Notes under the pieces: generated by a model
Told to the model about the DNA's origin: nothing
Seen by the model: the letters and a program-made list of their open reading frames with translations, nothing else
Database searches by the model: none
NCBI RefSeq assembly: GCF_001447785.1
Contig: NW_015169819.1
Coordinates: forward strand, 215,500 to 279,499
Source of the DNA: Gekko japonicus
Taxonomy: Eukaryota
Reading direction: 5' to 3'
DNA length: 64,000 bases
Part shown: positions 12,374 through 26,035 of the stretch, piece after piece
Numbering within the stretch: position 1 is the stretch's first letter
Layout: every line of letters begins with the position of its first letter
Made by a program: the position numbers and the translations under genes

Positions 12374-13560
12374 AGGTTTTTCTGCAGACTCGAGTTATTC
12401 CTGATATTCCCAGGGGCCATTTCATAGAAAAAGAAGTGCAGGAGCTCATTAGCATAACTCATTAGCATAACTTATTTGCATATGCCACACCCCTGACATC
12501 ACCGCTCAGGGTCCACTGGACTGTTTTGGATTGCTAGCTATTGGGGGGGGGGAAACGTGCAGATCTGTCCTCACAGAGGAGGGAGAGCTTATACCTGAAT
12601 AAAACTTGTCTTATATGTGCCACGGGACTGTTTGGGACCGGGGGGCTCTGCAACTTACCTGGCTGCTTCTTGCTCTGACTGAGGGCTGCTGGGAGCAGGG
12701 GGTGGGGCTTGTTGCATGTGCCTGCCCCCTGTGCTCTTTACTGCCGGAGCTCCGCTCTTGTGCGCTCCTGCAGGAAATGATCCCTGTTCTTGGCACTCAA
12801 CCCACAAGCATTGGAATTGGTTTGAGCACAGTTCTTTTGCACGTCTGCCCCCTCTCTGCATTTTTATAGTTGTGGAGTCAGTTTATTTTCTTCTGCACGT
12901 GCCTTAAATAATCTGGATTTTAAAGGGAGGGTGCTGTCATCATTGGTGGCGTCACAGCATGCACAACACTTATTTGTTTTTTGCACATGCTTATATTGAT
13001 ATATGGATACATTTTTTAAAAAGGCACTAAAACATTGATATACTGTTACAATGAAAAGTTTAGCAAGTTCTCTGTTCCCAGGTTTCTTTCTTTTCTTTAA
13101 AAAAGTAAGTCTCTAGCAGCTTCCCTCACAGAGGTATAAGGAAAAAGCATCCATAAAAATTAAAGCTGAGAATTCAGAGAACCTGCTACACCTATAGTTA
13201 CAATCAATATACAAATATTTTAGTGCCATTTTTTAGAAGAAACCACTCATCTTCAGGGTGGGGGGAGTGAGAAATGGAGCAGCTTGATGATGATGACAGT
13301 CTAGTAATTAAAAAGCGGGTGGATCAAAGAAAAACCGACAGAAACACTATGCATGAGGAAAAAGGCGTCTTAAACTCATCTTCCAAAAAAAGATCAGAGT
13401 AAAAGTAGTCTCAAAAGAAATGCCCCCCCCCAAAAAAACACACAAATGAAGTGAAAACTAAAGGCACAAAACTCCATGCAGAAATAAAGAGGATAAACCA
13501 AAGTGGTATGGGGCCAGAACCAACGGGGGGGGGGGAGAAATATCCATGCAGAAAAGCCCT
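12374..13560. mobile_element. Degenerate composite DNA-transposon/MITE region
   Basis: Ends ggtttttctgca / tgcagaaaagccct resemble the 26935-27533 MITE TIRs; an internal hAT-like piece starts near 12410. Confidence 0.4.
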
Positions 13561-14353
13561 GTATGATGTTACTGGGAAATAAATACGAATTAATATAGAA
13601 AATATCACTGGTCCCTTAATTATGTAGATCAGTAAAGCTAGGTGTAATTCTGGACTCAACATTATATAATACAGTTAGAAAATGTGTTGAGAGGGGCTAA
13701 ATCTCAGTAATCTGGAATAGTTTTACTACAAAAGGGGCTAAAACTATTAGGAACCTTCTGTTCAGAAAAGAAACTGATAAAGGGGAATGAATAAAGACGC
13801 TAGTCCTCCTTTATACAACACAATGGTCTGAACTAATTTTGTCCACTGTGACTACAATGTGGGCAGAAAACACTAATGGAGCTAGTCATAATAGGAAGCA
13901 TTTTATTGTCTGGTTTAAGTATCGCATACATGTAAAGTACAGGTGGCGTTTGCTCATAACATCATGCATGACGTGGGAAAAATGAATGGGAAAATATTCC
14001 TCTTGATTTGCTCATGCGGACGTACTAGAGAAAAGATCATGGGTTGGAGGGGGAACAATACTAGGCTATTAACTGCCAGTACATGAATTGGCTTAAGACA
14101 CAGGGCTCAAAACTTGGGTAAATTCAGCCTAATCATGATCTTTGCAGGAAATCCCTGCCTCCCTTATATAGGGGCATCTCAGTTTTCCATTTGCCTCAGC
14201 ATCATTTCTGACCCAAAAGGCCTCTGAAACCATGTAAGAGGACCAAAGGGAACAACGACAGTGCCCCCTCTCCACACCTACCAAGAATTGATAGTTTTGG
14301 TAAAGGCTGAGGAATGAGGACACCTAGGGCAAATTTTGCCCCAGTTAAGTTTC

Positions 14354-14438
14354 AGGACAACTCAGACCTGGTTGTTGGCCTGTATACAACTCAGGACAAC
14401 TCAGACCTAGTACTCAGACCTGGTTGTTGGCCTGTATA
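14354..14438. repeat. Complex local micro-duplication
   Basis: actcagacctggttgttggcctgtata occurs twice, with an extra aggacaactcagacct piece between the copies. Confidence 0.85.
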
Positions 14439-14876
14439 GGCAGTCACAGGACTGGGTCATTAGTCACTCTTTTCTTAATCACTAACCCAGAGACTAACAT
14501 AAGGATGCATTAGTAATCCATACCTTGCTTTGTGGTATCTCCTGTTCTCCTGAAACTCTTGGTCTCCCCCACAGTCAATATACTGTAAGAAATTCCACTC
14601 AGGATGACTATTCTGTTTAAAGGAAAAATCAAGACATATTGGAGGTTTATGGTGAGAACTGCTCTCTGTTAGAGAAAGATTGACTTACACAGTGAAATGT
14701 ATGTTACGTACTATCCTGTCTTTTTTGTTAAATGAAAATGTGCTGAGCCTTATTCCCTCTTTATTCTGTTTGGATTTCAGATCTTCCCACTTATCTGGGA
14801 GCACCCTGAGCCAATTGACATGACCATCTTCTTTGCCTGAAGTGCTTGCCTGGGAAACGGTAACACCAGTTGCGCC

Positions 14877-15995
14877 ATGGACCTGAAGTATGAGTTACTC
14901 AACACCACAGTGTTCTGGTTTCCCTCGGCCTCTCAGTTTGACAGCTTCTCCCCGGAGACTCTTACTACTAATGCCTCCATAAACATCACAGGCCACCACT
15001 ATGACTTAACCAGCAATGCCATCCTCACCTTCCTCTACTTTGTGGTTTGCATTGTGGGACTGTGTGGTAATACCCTCGTCATCTATGTCATTCTCCGCTA
15101 TGCCAAGATGAAAACAATTACCAACATCTACATACTCAACTTAGCGATAGCTGATGAACTGTTCATGTTGGGGTTGCCTTTTTTGGCGATGCAGGTGGCT
15201 CTAGTTCACTGGCCCTTCGGGAAAGCCATCTGTCGAATTGTCATGACAGTGGATGGAATCAATCAGTTCACCAGCATCTTCTGCCTCACAGTAATGAGCA
15301 TTGACAGGTACCTTGCTGTAGTTCATCCCATAAAGTCTTCCAAGTGGAGGCGGCCAACAACTGCAAAGATGGTCAATGTAGCTGTATGGGTTATTTCCCT
15401 TCTGGTCATCATGCCCATCATGATATATGCTGGAGTGGCCCATAATCACGGGAGCAGTAGCTGTACCATAATCTGGCCAGATGAGTCTGGTGCTTGGTAT
15501 GCTGGTTTCATAATCTATGCCTTTATTCTAGGCTTCTTAGTGCCCCTTACCATCATCTGCCTTTGTTACCTATTCATTATCATCAAGGTCAAATCCTCTG
15601 GTATCAGAGTGGGCTCCTCTAAGAGGAAAAGGTCAGAGAAGAAGGTTACCAGGATGGTCTCCATTGTGGTTGCTGTTTTCATCTTTTGCTGGCTGCCCTT
15701 CTACATCTTTAATGTCTACTCAGTTTCTGTCTCAATTGTACCCACTCCAGTTCTCAAGGGCATGTTTGATTTTGTAGTGGGCCTCACCTATGCCAATAGC
15801 TGTGCTAACCCTATCCTCTATGCCTTCTTGTCTGACAACTTCAAGAAGAGCTTCCAGAATGTTCTCTGCTTGATGAAAGTCAGTGGCATGGATGAAGCAG
15901 ACAGGAGTGACAGCAAGCAGGATAAATCCAGGTTAAATGAAGCCACAGAAACCCAAAGGACACTGCTCAATGGAGACCTCCAGACAAGCATTTAA
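14877..15995 (+). CDS. SSTR2: Somatostatin receptor type 2 (class A GPCR, 372 aa), single coding exon
   Basis: Seven hydrophobic segments; DRY, CWLPFY and NPILY motifs; C-terminal PDZ ligand QTSI; strong Kozak gcgccATGG; synteny with COG1. Confidence 0.99.
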   Translation: MDLKYELLNTTVFWFPSASQFDSFSPETLTTNASINITGHHYDLTSNAILTFLYFVVCIVGLCGNTLVIYVILRYAKMKTITNIYILNLAIADELFMLGLPFLAMQVALVHWPFGKAICRIVMTVDGINQFTSIFCLTVMSIDRYLAVVHPIKSSKWRRPTTAKMVNVAVWVISLLVIMPIMIYAGVAHNHGSSSCTIIWPDESGAWYAGFIIYAFILGFLVPLTIICLCYLFIIIKVKSSGIRVGSSKRKRSEKKVTRMVSIVVAVFIFCWLPFYIFNVYSVSVSIVPTPVLKGMFDFVVGLTYANSCANPILYAFLSDNFKKSFQNVLCLMKVSGMDEADRSDSKQDKSRLNEATETQRTLLNGDLQTSI

Positions 15996-18298
15996 AAGAC
16001 TTCTGCGACTGTCCACTGATCTCCTTCCTGCTTCTTCATAGAAGGCGGCAGCCCACAGCAAGTCAGCTCCTTGGCCCTTCTCTTAATGGAATGGTTATGC
16101 ATGAGATGGATTGGTTCATGGAGTAGCTTTGCTTCTTAGCCAAGAAAGGACAGCCTTTTAAAGGTATTACTCAAAAGGAGAAGTTAATATGTATGGATAA
16201 CTGTCCAGAAGCACACCCAGGTGTGCACAGACTTGCACATGGTGTGATCATGTATTGCGAGAATCCCTATGGGCAAATCTACCAGAGTGAATCTGAGACA
16301 AAACAACCCCTCACAGATTTTCCAATATGTACATGGTCTAGAATTTTACATGCTCCGTTTCCAATATTTGAAATAGATTTTTTAAATTGACTCAGCTGAC
16401 ACCAATACTAGTCAGCCCCCTCATTCCTTGGCCCAGTCTGGCCTAGGCAGCAAGTCTGCATTCAGAAAAGTGACCAAGCTAGGAGAACAGAGACCTGGAA
16501 ACTCCCCCACCTCCTAAACTGCAGATGCCTTGAAAGTTCAGCTTTATGTGCTTTTGACTAGGCAAAACATTATACTTTTTACACCAAAACTGAAAATTCA
16601 CATGGGCAAAAGACAGTGTGTATGTGTAAAGGCAGGAGAAGTAAAGTATCTGTTATCTTGCTTACAGACCTGTTAATGAAATGGTATCTTCAGAATTAGG
16701 ATTGGAAACTTACATAGCTTAAAGCAGCACAGAAAGTATATGGCATGCTATTAGGGAGAGGAAAGGCTCTCTATGGCTGTAACAAAATCCTTTATCCTCA
16801 TTTGACAGAGATGACACATTCTGCTCAGTTTCCATCCCCATTGCAAGGTCTCTGGTTTAACTCTTTCCCCATTTAAAGATCTTCTTTTGATAGGATGTAT
16901 ATTGTCAAAGCATGATTATGAACTTCTAGTAATGGTTAAATAAGTAACAGTGATCTACCTTGGATGGGGCTCAAACTTACTTTTTCTGTCACAGCCTAAT
17001 CCTGATCCTCTGCCAGGTTGAAAAGAACTATAGTACTATTTCATTCATCTATTATTTGTCTGCCAGAAGTTTGCAATCGCATGTTGATCGTTTGATGGTT
17101 TACATGTATCCAATAGCAAGCAAAGATTAAACATCAGACTTAGAGTGTTAAGATTACCTCTGACAAACAGAGGTAACCACAATTTCTTAAAACAGGAGCA
17201 GGGCCAGTAAAAAAAAAAAATCTGGCCAGGTCAATCAAAGACCAATTAGGCTGAAACCCCAGTTCATTTAAGGAAAGTGCCTTTTTAATACATGGGAACT
17301 TCTTGTACCTTGAGCTTGCTGGAAACTTCCCCCAAGAGGGTCTCTTGCCCCAGCAGACAGTCCTACTAGGGTTGTTAACACTGCCACCAGGCATCATGAA
17401 GTGGCTTCTTCTGGAAGATTTTTTTTTGGTGCCACTAAAGGACAACAAGGTGTTCTTTAATGGCTAGGATGAATAAAATAGCAATCACAGATCAAGAATC
17501 AGAGGGTATATTTGAATTTTCTCTCAGCCCCCAAAATATCTCTAGCCCTATCATGACCTCCCTCTTACCAACGGGGCATCTACCCTTGTTTAGCTGTCAG
17601 AATTCAGGCATTCTTCAAGACAGGATGCCTAACTTGGTCAGGGAGTCATCCTGAAATATGACTGGATCAGAGCTGCATCTATTGTACACTTACCCCCCAC
17701 ACATAGGGGTGGAGGAAAACCACTGACTCTCTTTCCCGTTGGACTAATGTCAAGGCAGAAGTTTATTTGCAAAAGCAGTTAGATCACAGTCAGTGCTTCA
17801 TGGGGAAGTTCAGATGCATGTAGCCTGGACACTGTGGGGAGAGGTATGAATAGGATAAAATACATAGGTGGGAATTCTGTGCCTGAGATAAAAGCTTGAC
17901 TTATCAACCTTGCTGTGATGCTACCATGAATATATTGGCTTAATGAAAGCCAAGCTGATAGCATGACCACATCAGATTCTCGGTTAGAACTGGCAGCCCA
18001 ATCCCAACCATGTTAAGTACCACTAAGATCCATGAGGCTTACTTTCAAGTAAATGTACTTAGCATTGCAACATGAAGCTTGTTTCCTGTAAGGCCTTAAA
18101 CAGCAAATTGTGTGGATAGTCTAAATGCCACCCAATGCCACCTTCCAGAGCAAAAGGAACTCCTGGGGAAACTACCAGTATTTTGGCCCTAAAGATAAGA
18201 TCTACCTCTTTGCTAACTGAGCTTGTTCATATATTATGTTTCAGTGATATGAACATCAGCAGTCCACATGCAGTTATCTTGTAAATCTGAGTTCAGGG

Positions 18299-18545
18299 TA
18301 GGGTTGCCATGTCCCCCGTGGCCTCTGGCAGGGGGGTGGGGGTTGGGGCTGCCAGATCCAGGTTGGGAAACTCCTGGAGATTTGGGGGTGGACCCTGGAG
18401 AGGACAGGGACCTCAGTGGGGTACAATGCCTTAGAGTCCACCCTACAAAGCAATTATTTTATCCAGGGGGACTGATCTCTGTAGTCTGGAGATGAGCTGT
18501 AATTCCAGGGGATCCCCAGGTCCCACCTGGAGGCGGGCATCCCAA
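18299..18545 (+). mobile_element. Gecko-type MITE (TAGGGTTGCCA family)
   Basis: Starts tagggttgcca, ends ggcatccca; body shared with the copies at 61-62.4 kb. Confidence 0.75.
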
Positions 18546-19538
18546 CTTGTGGTCAAAATCTGGTACCTTGTGGAAAGAATGGGACTTTTATTCTGTATGA
18601 AAACCATGTACAGTCCATATCTGATAAAAGTTCAGGATAGAAAAAGGGAAGCGGATGGTGCTTCTAGAAATTAAGAACAGGACTCTGTTGTACCATTGAG
18701 CTTCCCAGGTTTCTTCTCCCCTTCCTTCTTTCCTTTCTCTATATTCCTGATCAAATGTTATTTCTTTGCATTCTCTATCCATATTCCTGTTCACATGTTA
18801 TTTCTTTGCATAAGTTAAGAAAGTTTTGCATTCAGAACAAAGTATACACATTGAACAAGCTTTATGAAAAATTCTCCAGTTTGCTGCCCTCACTCTAGTC
18901 AGTCTTTTGGTTCCCTGGCTGCATAATCAGGCTTGTTTAATAAACAGTTATTCTAGTTCCCATAATTATGCCAAAACATAAAACATGCCCTATCAAGGAA
19001 GCCACAAACTGTTTTGCCCTGTGATGTGTGAACATTATCACATTGTCTCTGTCCTCTGAATGAGTTGTCCATAAAATTACTTGCACATTTGCTAATAAGT
19101 CTCGGGCTATTTAAGAATAGACTATTAAGTTTTATGGCCTTGGAGATATCAGAATGGCTTTGCTTGGGAAAGTGCGTTATTACTGGGTTCTGGACTACAA
19201 GCAACTAAGACTACTCTGGTCTTGCACTGTGATTTTCACTGGAACCACAGGCATTTGAAGTCATGAGTAAAGGAAGTTCATAAAAATAATCTTGACAGCT
19301 GCCAAGAATTCAGTGTCATATAGTTCTATTTCATTTTTCCAAAATATTTGGATAATCAGAAACCTGATGGCACAAGATATCTTTACTTAGGACATTTGTT
19401 TGCCCTACAAACTCTTATCTGTACCAACAATTAGATGTACATAAATCATATAGGAGAGGCTCAAATGTGATCTAAGTCTTAACATGTAATAACGCTGTTT
19501 TTATTCTACCTGAAGACTTCAATGGTGTTTTAGATTCT

Positions 19539-19544
19539 AATAAA
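19539..19544 (+). terminator. SSTR2: Candidate distal SSTR2 polyadenylation signal
   Basis: AATAAA preceded by several TGTA motifs; another AATAAA lies at 17472. Usage is unknown. Confidence 0.35.
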
Positions 19545-22500
19545 GTCTTATGACTGGTGATTCTATTGTACATCGTAGTCATCAGCTAGTGTTTAAAAGA
19601 AGGCCACTTTGAAGAGAAGATGCTGGGTGGTAGGATCCAGGCCTCACCTGCTGATCCTAAACTGGACTCCCAGCAAGTCTTTGTCATCTTCCACACACCC
19701 CTGGTGCCTTCAGGTTGTAAGCTAGGGGTCAGCTAAAACTCCTTTAGAGGCCAGATTGGGCCTTGCATTAAAATCCAAGGCAACACCAAATTATTTCTTA
19801 GGGTCACAATGCCATCACTGCAGCCTCCTTTAAAAATGGAGAAATAAAGAACTAGATTTTGTTCACAGCCCAATCTCTGTGTAACATTTCATGCCTCCCT
19901 TCAAATGGTCGGGCTATTTGATTATCTCTTTTGGAGTCACAGAGAACATACATCCTTTTTGACCTCTTTATTAAAGGAAGTAAATATTAACTAAGGCTTT
20001 GTGAGGATTGTGTAGGACATGCCACTGAGGATTAGCTCGGAGAACAGCATGTTACATTAAGATGAAAAATGGTCTTGTGGCAGTTAGGTACTGATAGAAC
20101 CAGATGCGCTTTTGTTAGTTTGCGGCTTGCGGCTGAATGTTATGGTCATTGTGTTGCTTCATAAAGTCTTTAGGGGCTTAATATGAAGAGGGTGACTGAC
20201 ATAGCAGTGTGTTTAAAAAAAGGGGAAAGAGAGATTTGCTTTCCCATTTCTCTTATAATTAGAGTATAGTTAACAGAGCCTTGCTCTTCTACTCAGAGAT
20301 CTGTATATCTGTGTGGAAGCATCCCCTTGACCTACTTTTGTTGCACAGACTGAAAGATGGAGGACCTCATGCTGTAGGCAGGTGATAAGGAGGACCTCAT
20401 GCAGTAGGCGGACCTGCAAAGAATTGCAGCCAGAGCTGCAGCCTGCCTTCATCACTGGGTGGGGCTCCCATATTTCCAGACAGAAAATGAATTTTAAAAA
20501 TTCAGTTACTAAAACACCCCCCAAACTTTTACAGCCTTCTCATCCACATGTACATCTCTTAATAGTTAGCTATAGAAATATACTTTAGATATGAACAGCT
20601 CTTTAGAAGCTTTAACCTGCTTATAATAAACACCTTTCTTAAATAAGTAGTAACTTACTCAAGTTACTCCTGTGCTTCCTGTCCTAGCAGCTGACTTAAA
20701 GTTTAAATGTGATTGCAGTCGGAAAAACCCTCCAGAGAGAATTTTAAGTGGGAGAACTTGGTGGATTTTGAAGCCCTCCTGCATGCAACTACCAAAACAT
20801 TCAATGTACACAGCTACTAAAGGGATTGGAGCTCCAGTAGAACTTGCAGCTCTACATAATTTGCTTATTTAGCTCTTTTAGATGCAATGGAGGAAAAAAG
20901 AAGCCTAGAAATCTTTTAGTCCTTCATTTGCTCCAAAATATAGATCCTATGGACACATTACCTCTTTTATTAGAAGATAATAGCACATCTATCACTCTTT
21001 TAGCTGCAAAATTTTATGCATCTGTGATAGGTTTTCACAGCCATTCAAATGGACTCTAGCTTTTTCTATATGTTAGTAATCTGCTTAAAACTACTAAGTT
21101 TAGAAGCAATATGAGGTAGTAGAAGTAGTATTTTAGATGAGTTCATTTTATTTCCTTTATAGACTCCTCTTTTCTGTTTATGACACAATAATATGAAAAC
21201 TGTGGGGTACTCTGTTAAGAACACCTGGCTTTGGGGGACTCACCTTGGGTTCTTTCTGCCCACCTATGATTCTATAATCTGAAGGCTTCCGTGTCTAAAG
21301 TTACTTTAAATATTAATTTCTGGATGCTAAAATAATGGGAATTGCTGAATTTATTCCTCCAAACTTTTATTCCCTTAGAGTTTACAGCAAAGATTATTTA
21401 AAGCCCTTGGGCTAATCAAATGCTAGCACTGAAAGGCAACAGCTGCATTCAGTCTTCACACAACACACAAAGAGAGCTTACTCATGGATCTCAAGCAAAC
21501 CCCCAAACCCTACTAATCTATTTGATCTCAGTAGTGTTTTAAATTCCTTGGATGGAGGACAGCAGTTTTACTGTCCAGATATTTCTTACTGTAAAAGATT
21601 CCTCTGTGGCTATTGCCTTTAACCAACAGCCTTTTCCATTTCTCAGCTCAATAGCTAGCTATAGAGTTTCTATCTCTTGAAAGCACATAATGGCTGTAAA
21701 GGGAATTTAATCCAGACACATCCAATGCTTTTAGCTCTCTAGTGTCCCCAAGCTGTGTGAAGGGGAATACCACTCCTGTTTAATTTCACAGCATGTTCAT
21801 CTACCCAGCACTTGGGAAAGTCATGTACATTCACAGTTAGTTGGATGTACCAAGTAAAGGAGGCCAGCTTACATACTTGACTCAGGTGGTTAATTAATTC
21901 TTATCTTAACTATGCCTCTCATCAGATTATAGAAGTCTTGAGAGTTTTCAGGGCCTGAAAGAGAAACAGCAAAGGCATCCCGAAAACCTTCCTACTATTC
22001 CTTTACGGCAATGCATTTCAAAATTTATTCCAGGTAACCTTGGTTAACACTTGGGATTTCCTGGAAGCGTATCAGTGGTTCCTTAGTCAGAAAAAGCCCA
22101 GTAAGTGAGGGCAACCAACGGAACTGAATGACAGCTTGTCCACAACTACTGTTCCCTCTCCTAGAATATTCAGTTACATGGGGATATTGCATGTGCTGTT
22201 TGGTATTCTTTCTGTTTAACACATAGCAATGGTGAATGCTCCACGTGAGTGGGCTTTGCTCCCTTCCTAAAATGTGTCCTTGAATCCTGTGAAGGGAGTC
22301 CACAGGAGTCATGCAAATATTCATCATAAGCTGAGCTGTGTAAGAAAATGGATGGTTTCGTTTCAAATTCAGCTAGACTCAGTTTAGCCTCTGGTCTATT
22401 CACAGGGTAAGTCCTCTGTCTTAGCGCTTTCCTTTGGTGAAACAGGAAGGCCCTATTACTTAGCTGAGAGGATACAGCCCACAGCCTTTAGGGATATTAC

Positions 22501-25500
22501 TGCTACATTAACTATTTTTAACAAGTCTAGGTAAGGTATTCACTCTTTGAAATCACTATAGTAAGTTATCAATCATTACAAACAAGAGGGCTACTATAAA
22601 CAAAGTCAAAAACATCAAAGAATGTGGCCTAATATTATATATGACATACCTTTTAAAAATAGGTCCAGGTGTCCTGGTTACTAGACAAGCTTATTTTTAT
22701 CTTCTAGCCTTGCCCAGAACTGAGCTGCTTGTTGAGTGGTGAGAGGCAGGTGGGTATGCGGAGAAGTCACAAGTTGCATCTCCAAATGCCTGTCTCTGTA
22801 GTGCTGGTCTCTTCCAGGCCCAGCTCCATAAACAACTCTAGCCTGGCCAAGTCTAGATGGAAACAGACTCAGGCTAGTTCCATCTAGCCTTATACAGACA
22901 CTGCTGCTTCAGCCTCCTCTAACTGAAGCCTCAGGTTTCATAGAATGATTTCCAGATAGCCTTTTCCTGTAAACAAGTGCAAATTTTGCTTTCCTAGGGT
23001 GAGCTCTGCCTGCAAATGGAGCAACCTAAATATCCTTTACAAAGGCATGGCAGCATCTGTGCCTCTAAGCCCATCAAGTCCTTCCTTCCTGTCATATACC
23101 TCTGAGCCGTAGTGAGTTTGTGGATTCTGCCATGAACTCTCTAGATCTCAGGTAATCCACTGTGAAGTATGTGTTGTAAAATGGATTGTTATGGAATAAA
23201 ACACAGTTTCCAAATATACCCAAGTAAAATATCCTCTAGCCATAAAAATCATTTTGGAAGACACTGGCCTGGTGCAGACAAGGATAGGAGGGGCCCCAGG
23301 AGGCAGGAAGAGGAGCTCCCTGAGCTATGTAGGAAGATCCTGACTCCCCAGTCCTTCTTTTGGACATGGTACCTTATGTTTCTGCACACTAGTTACCATC
23401 CATACCAATGGAGGGATGATGCTTTATAGGGTATTGCAAGCAAAAGAAAACAGGTCCTGGGTCTTGCCCTGAGGAGGAAATGATTGAAGAAGGGAAAGCA
23501 GAAAGGGATAATGAGATGCTTGTGAGCACCAAGCCTTCATTTCTGTTTGGTATAAGGTCTAAGATACTCAATCTACAGTCTTTGTTTTCTGCAGGTACTG
23601 AGGAAAAAAAAAAGGGAAAGAGGTGGCACCACAGTGGTGTTCTGGGAAGGACATATAGGTACAAGTGGAATTCTTCATGCAAATTCACTTCCTCCTAAGT
23701 GTGCATGTAGCACACTGTTATGCATTGCACACACTTCATAGTAACAGCAGCATCAGAAGGGGGAGTCTAGGCAGAAGTGGATATCTGTGAACCATACAGA
23801 GTCAAGCCAAGGTATGAAGAGCATGAAAATGCTGCGAGCTTTTTGAGCAGGGGAAATTTGTTTTGAAGCTTTCCTACTTGAAAATCAGTATCATCAGTAC
23901 TGCTAATGTTACAGTATCATGAGGCTGAGGCTGTGTGTCTTATTTAAAAACCCTCCTGCCTTTATTCTGAGCAGCTGTTACTCAAGGCTTTAGTAAAAAA
24001 GACCACACTTCACGCCTTTTGAAAGGACAGGGGATGGAGAAGAGATAGCCTGTAATCTGGATGCATTGGGGAAAGGACATATATAAATTCACACAATCCT
24101 TTGGGGGTACCTGTTTCAAAACAGTCATATGACTAAGTCCATTACATACCCAGGTTATTATTATACCTATCCTAAGCAGACTCATATCCATCTAAGCCCA
24201 TCTGCTTAGGATGGCATTGTATGTAACTTACTACACACAAAGACTGAAATGCATGCTGGCAATCTTAACAAGAGTAGTCACTGCACACCAACTGGGCCTC
24301 AAGTCGGTCTGGCACGAAGGAAGCCCAGGTCATGTGGACTGGCCCTTGGGGTTGCTTCATACACTACATAGTTTCTGCACAACTTGTGTATTTGTGGCAA
24401 AAAAAATTAAAACCTGCTCTTCAAGCATATGTGTATGGTTCCCTTATACAAGACTACTTTCATGAAAGAAAAATGTAATTATAAAGTGGCCATAAGTAAC
24501 CAATAAGCAATCATTTTTTAGGGTTGTACCACAGCAGTTTGTTACTCCACCAACTACGCAATTTGCCATGTCTTATATGTTAAAACAGTCTCCAAGTCTC
24601 ACAGAGGAACTCCAGAAGAAGAGGAATGTGGACAGATCTAAAATTATGCTCAGTCTTCCAGCTGATAACAACAACATATTACAGTGGAGAGGGAGAGAGA
24701 GGGAGTTCCAATAAACTAACCATATGAAACCATGTTTAAACAAAACAAAATTACAAGAAAACTATAAGTTTTCAAGCAATATATTCAAATGCCTAAGTAA
24801 GAACATTCACACTTCCTAAAGATTAGCAATGATGGGCAGATGCTAATGCCAGTGAGAAAGTGGTTCCACAGAGTGGGAGCTACAGAGGGAAACACTCTGT
24901 TCTGAGTAACTTCTAATTGCACCCTGTTTTAACTGCTTGCCTCCCTTCTCTTAAGCTTCTTACACAGTGAAACTGGTTTTAGTGGCTTCATGGTTAGCAG
25001 GCCACACAGAGAAAGGATCAGGCTATAGATGCCCTCCAAGCACCTTGGGCATTTGTCTGTTCTGATTCTCTCCAGCTCTAAGCATCCTCTGTGAATGACC
25101 AAGAAAAAAATCCACCAAATTCTAGTTTAAATTTAACATTAACTGTGCTTGGTCATATTAATATTTCATGCAGCTTCTTCCACTTTTTCTTAACCTCTAA
25201 TTGGTTTTTTTTCTGCTTTAGATGATAGATTTTTTTTTCCATTATGGATCCTTATACCACCACACTAAGAGCTAGGAATTCCCCACCTATAATCTCAGAT
25301 TAGCTGACGAGTCCTTCATCCAAGAAGCAAAAGAAAAAGAAAAGAATCACAGGTCTAGTCTACTGACCAAATGACAGCAGTCAAAAGAAGAGCGACATAT
25401 GACACATCTTGATGGGTTTTCCAGTTATAGATACACACTGAGATCTTGTAGATCACTAATGCTGGCCTCATTGACAGGGTGTCAAAAACTGCATTTGGAA

Positions 25501-25702
25501 CTGTAATGTTTAAGTTACACGTTTTGATGTTGATGTCTAAACTATTCTAAATTGACTTTGGACTTGTCAAATTTTCTTGGGGATTTTAGTGCCATCTAAT
25601 TCATCCTGTGTGTACATGAAACAAGAAGAAAGTTGGTCTGGAGATACCTTATTGTTGTAAAATAATTCATTGTTTAATTAAAGGGTTATTAGTATGTCAT
25701 AT

Positions 25703-26035
25703 AGGGCTGCGGTGGCTTAGAGGTTAAACTGCTGAGCTGCAGACCAGAAGGTCTGTAGTTTGGCAGTTCGAGACCCGAGTGCTGCGTGATGGAGTGAACT
25801 CCTGTCTCTGGCCTAGCAGTTTGAAAGCAAAAAATTGCAAGTAGATAAATAGGTACCACTTTGATGGGTACCACTATGGCTTGCCCAAGGTCATCCAGCA
25901 GCTGCAAGTTGAGGAGTGGGGAATCAAACCCAGTATCCCATATTAGAGTCCGTGCACTTAACCACTACACCAAACTGGCTCCGGTTTTCCCAGATTAGAG
26001 TCCACACACTTAACTACTACATCAAACTGGCACCA
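25703..26035. mobile_element. 5' half of a Sauria SINE (+) joined to a Squam3-like SINE head (-) whose 5' end is duplicated
   Basis: Sauria sequence runs to 'ataggtaccact'; then minus-strand SINE heads 'attagagtcc..cacttaaccactacaccaaactggc' occur twice. Confidence 0.8.
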
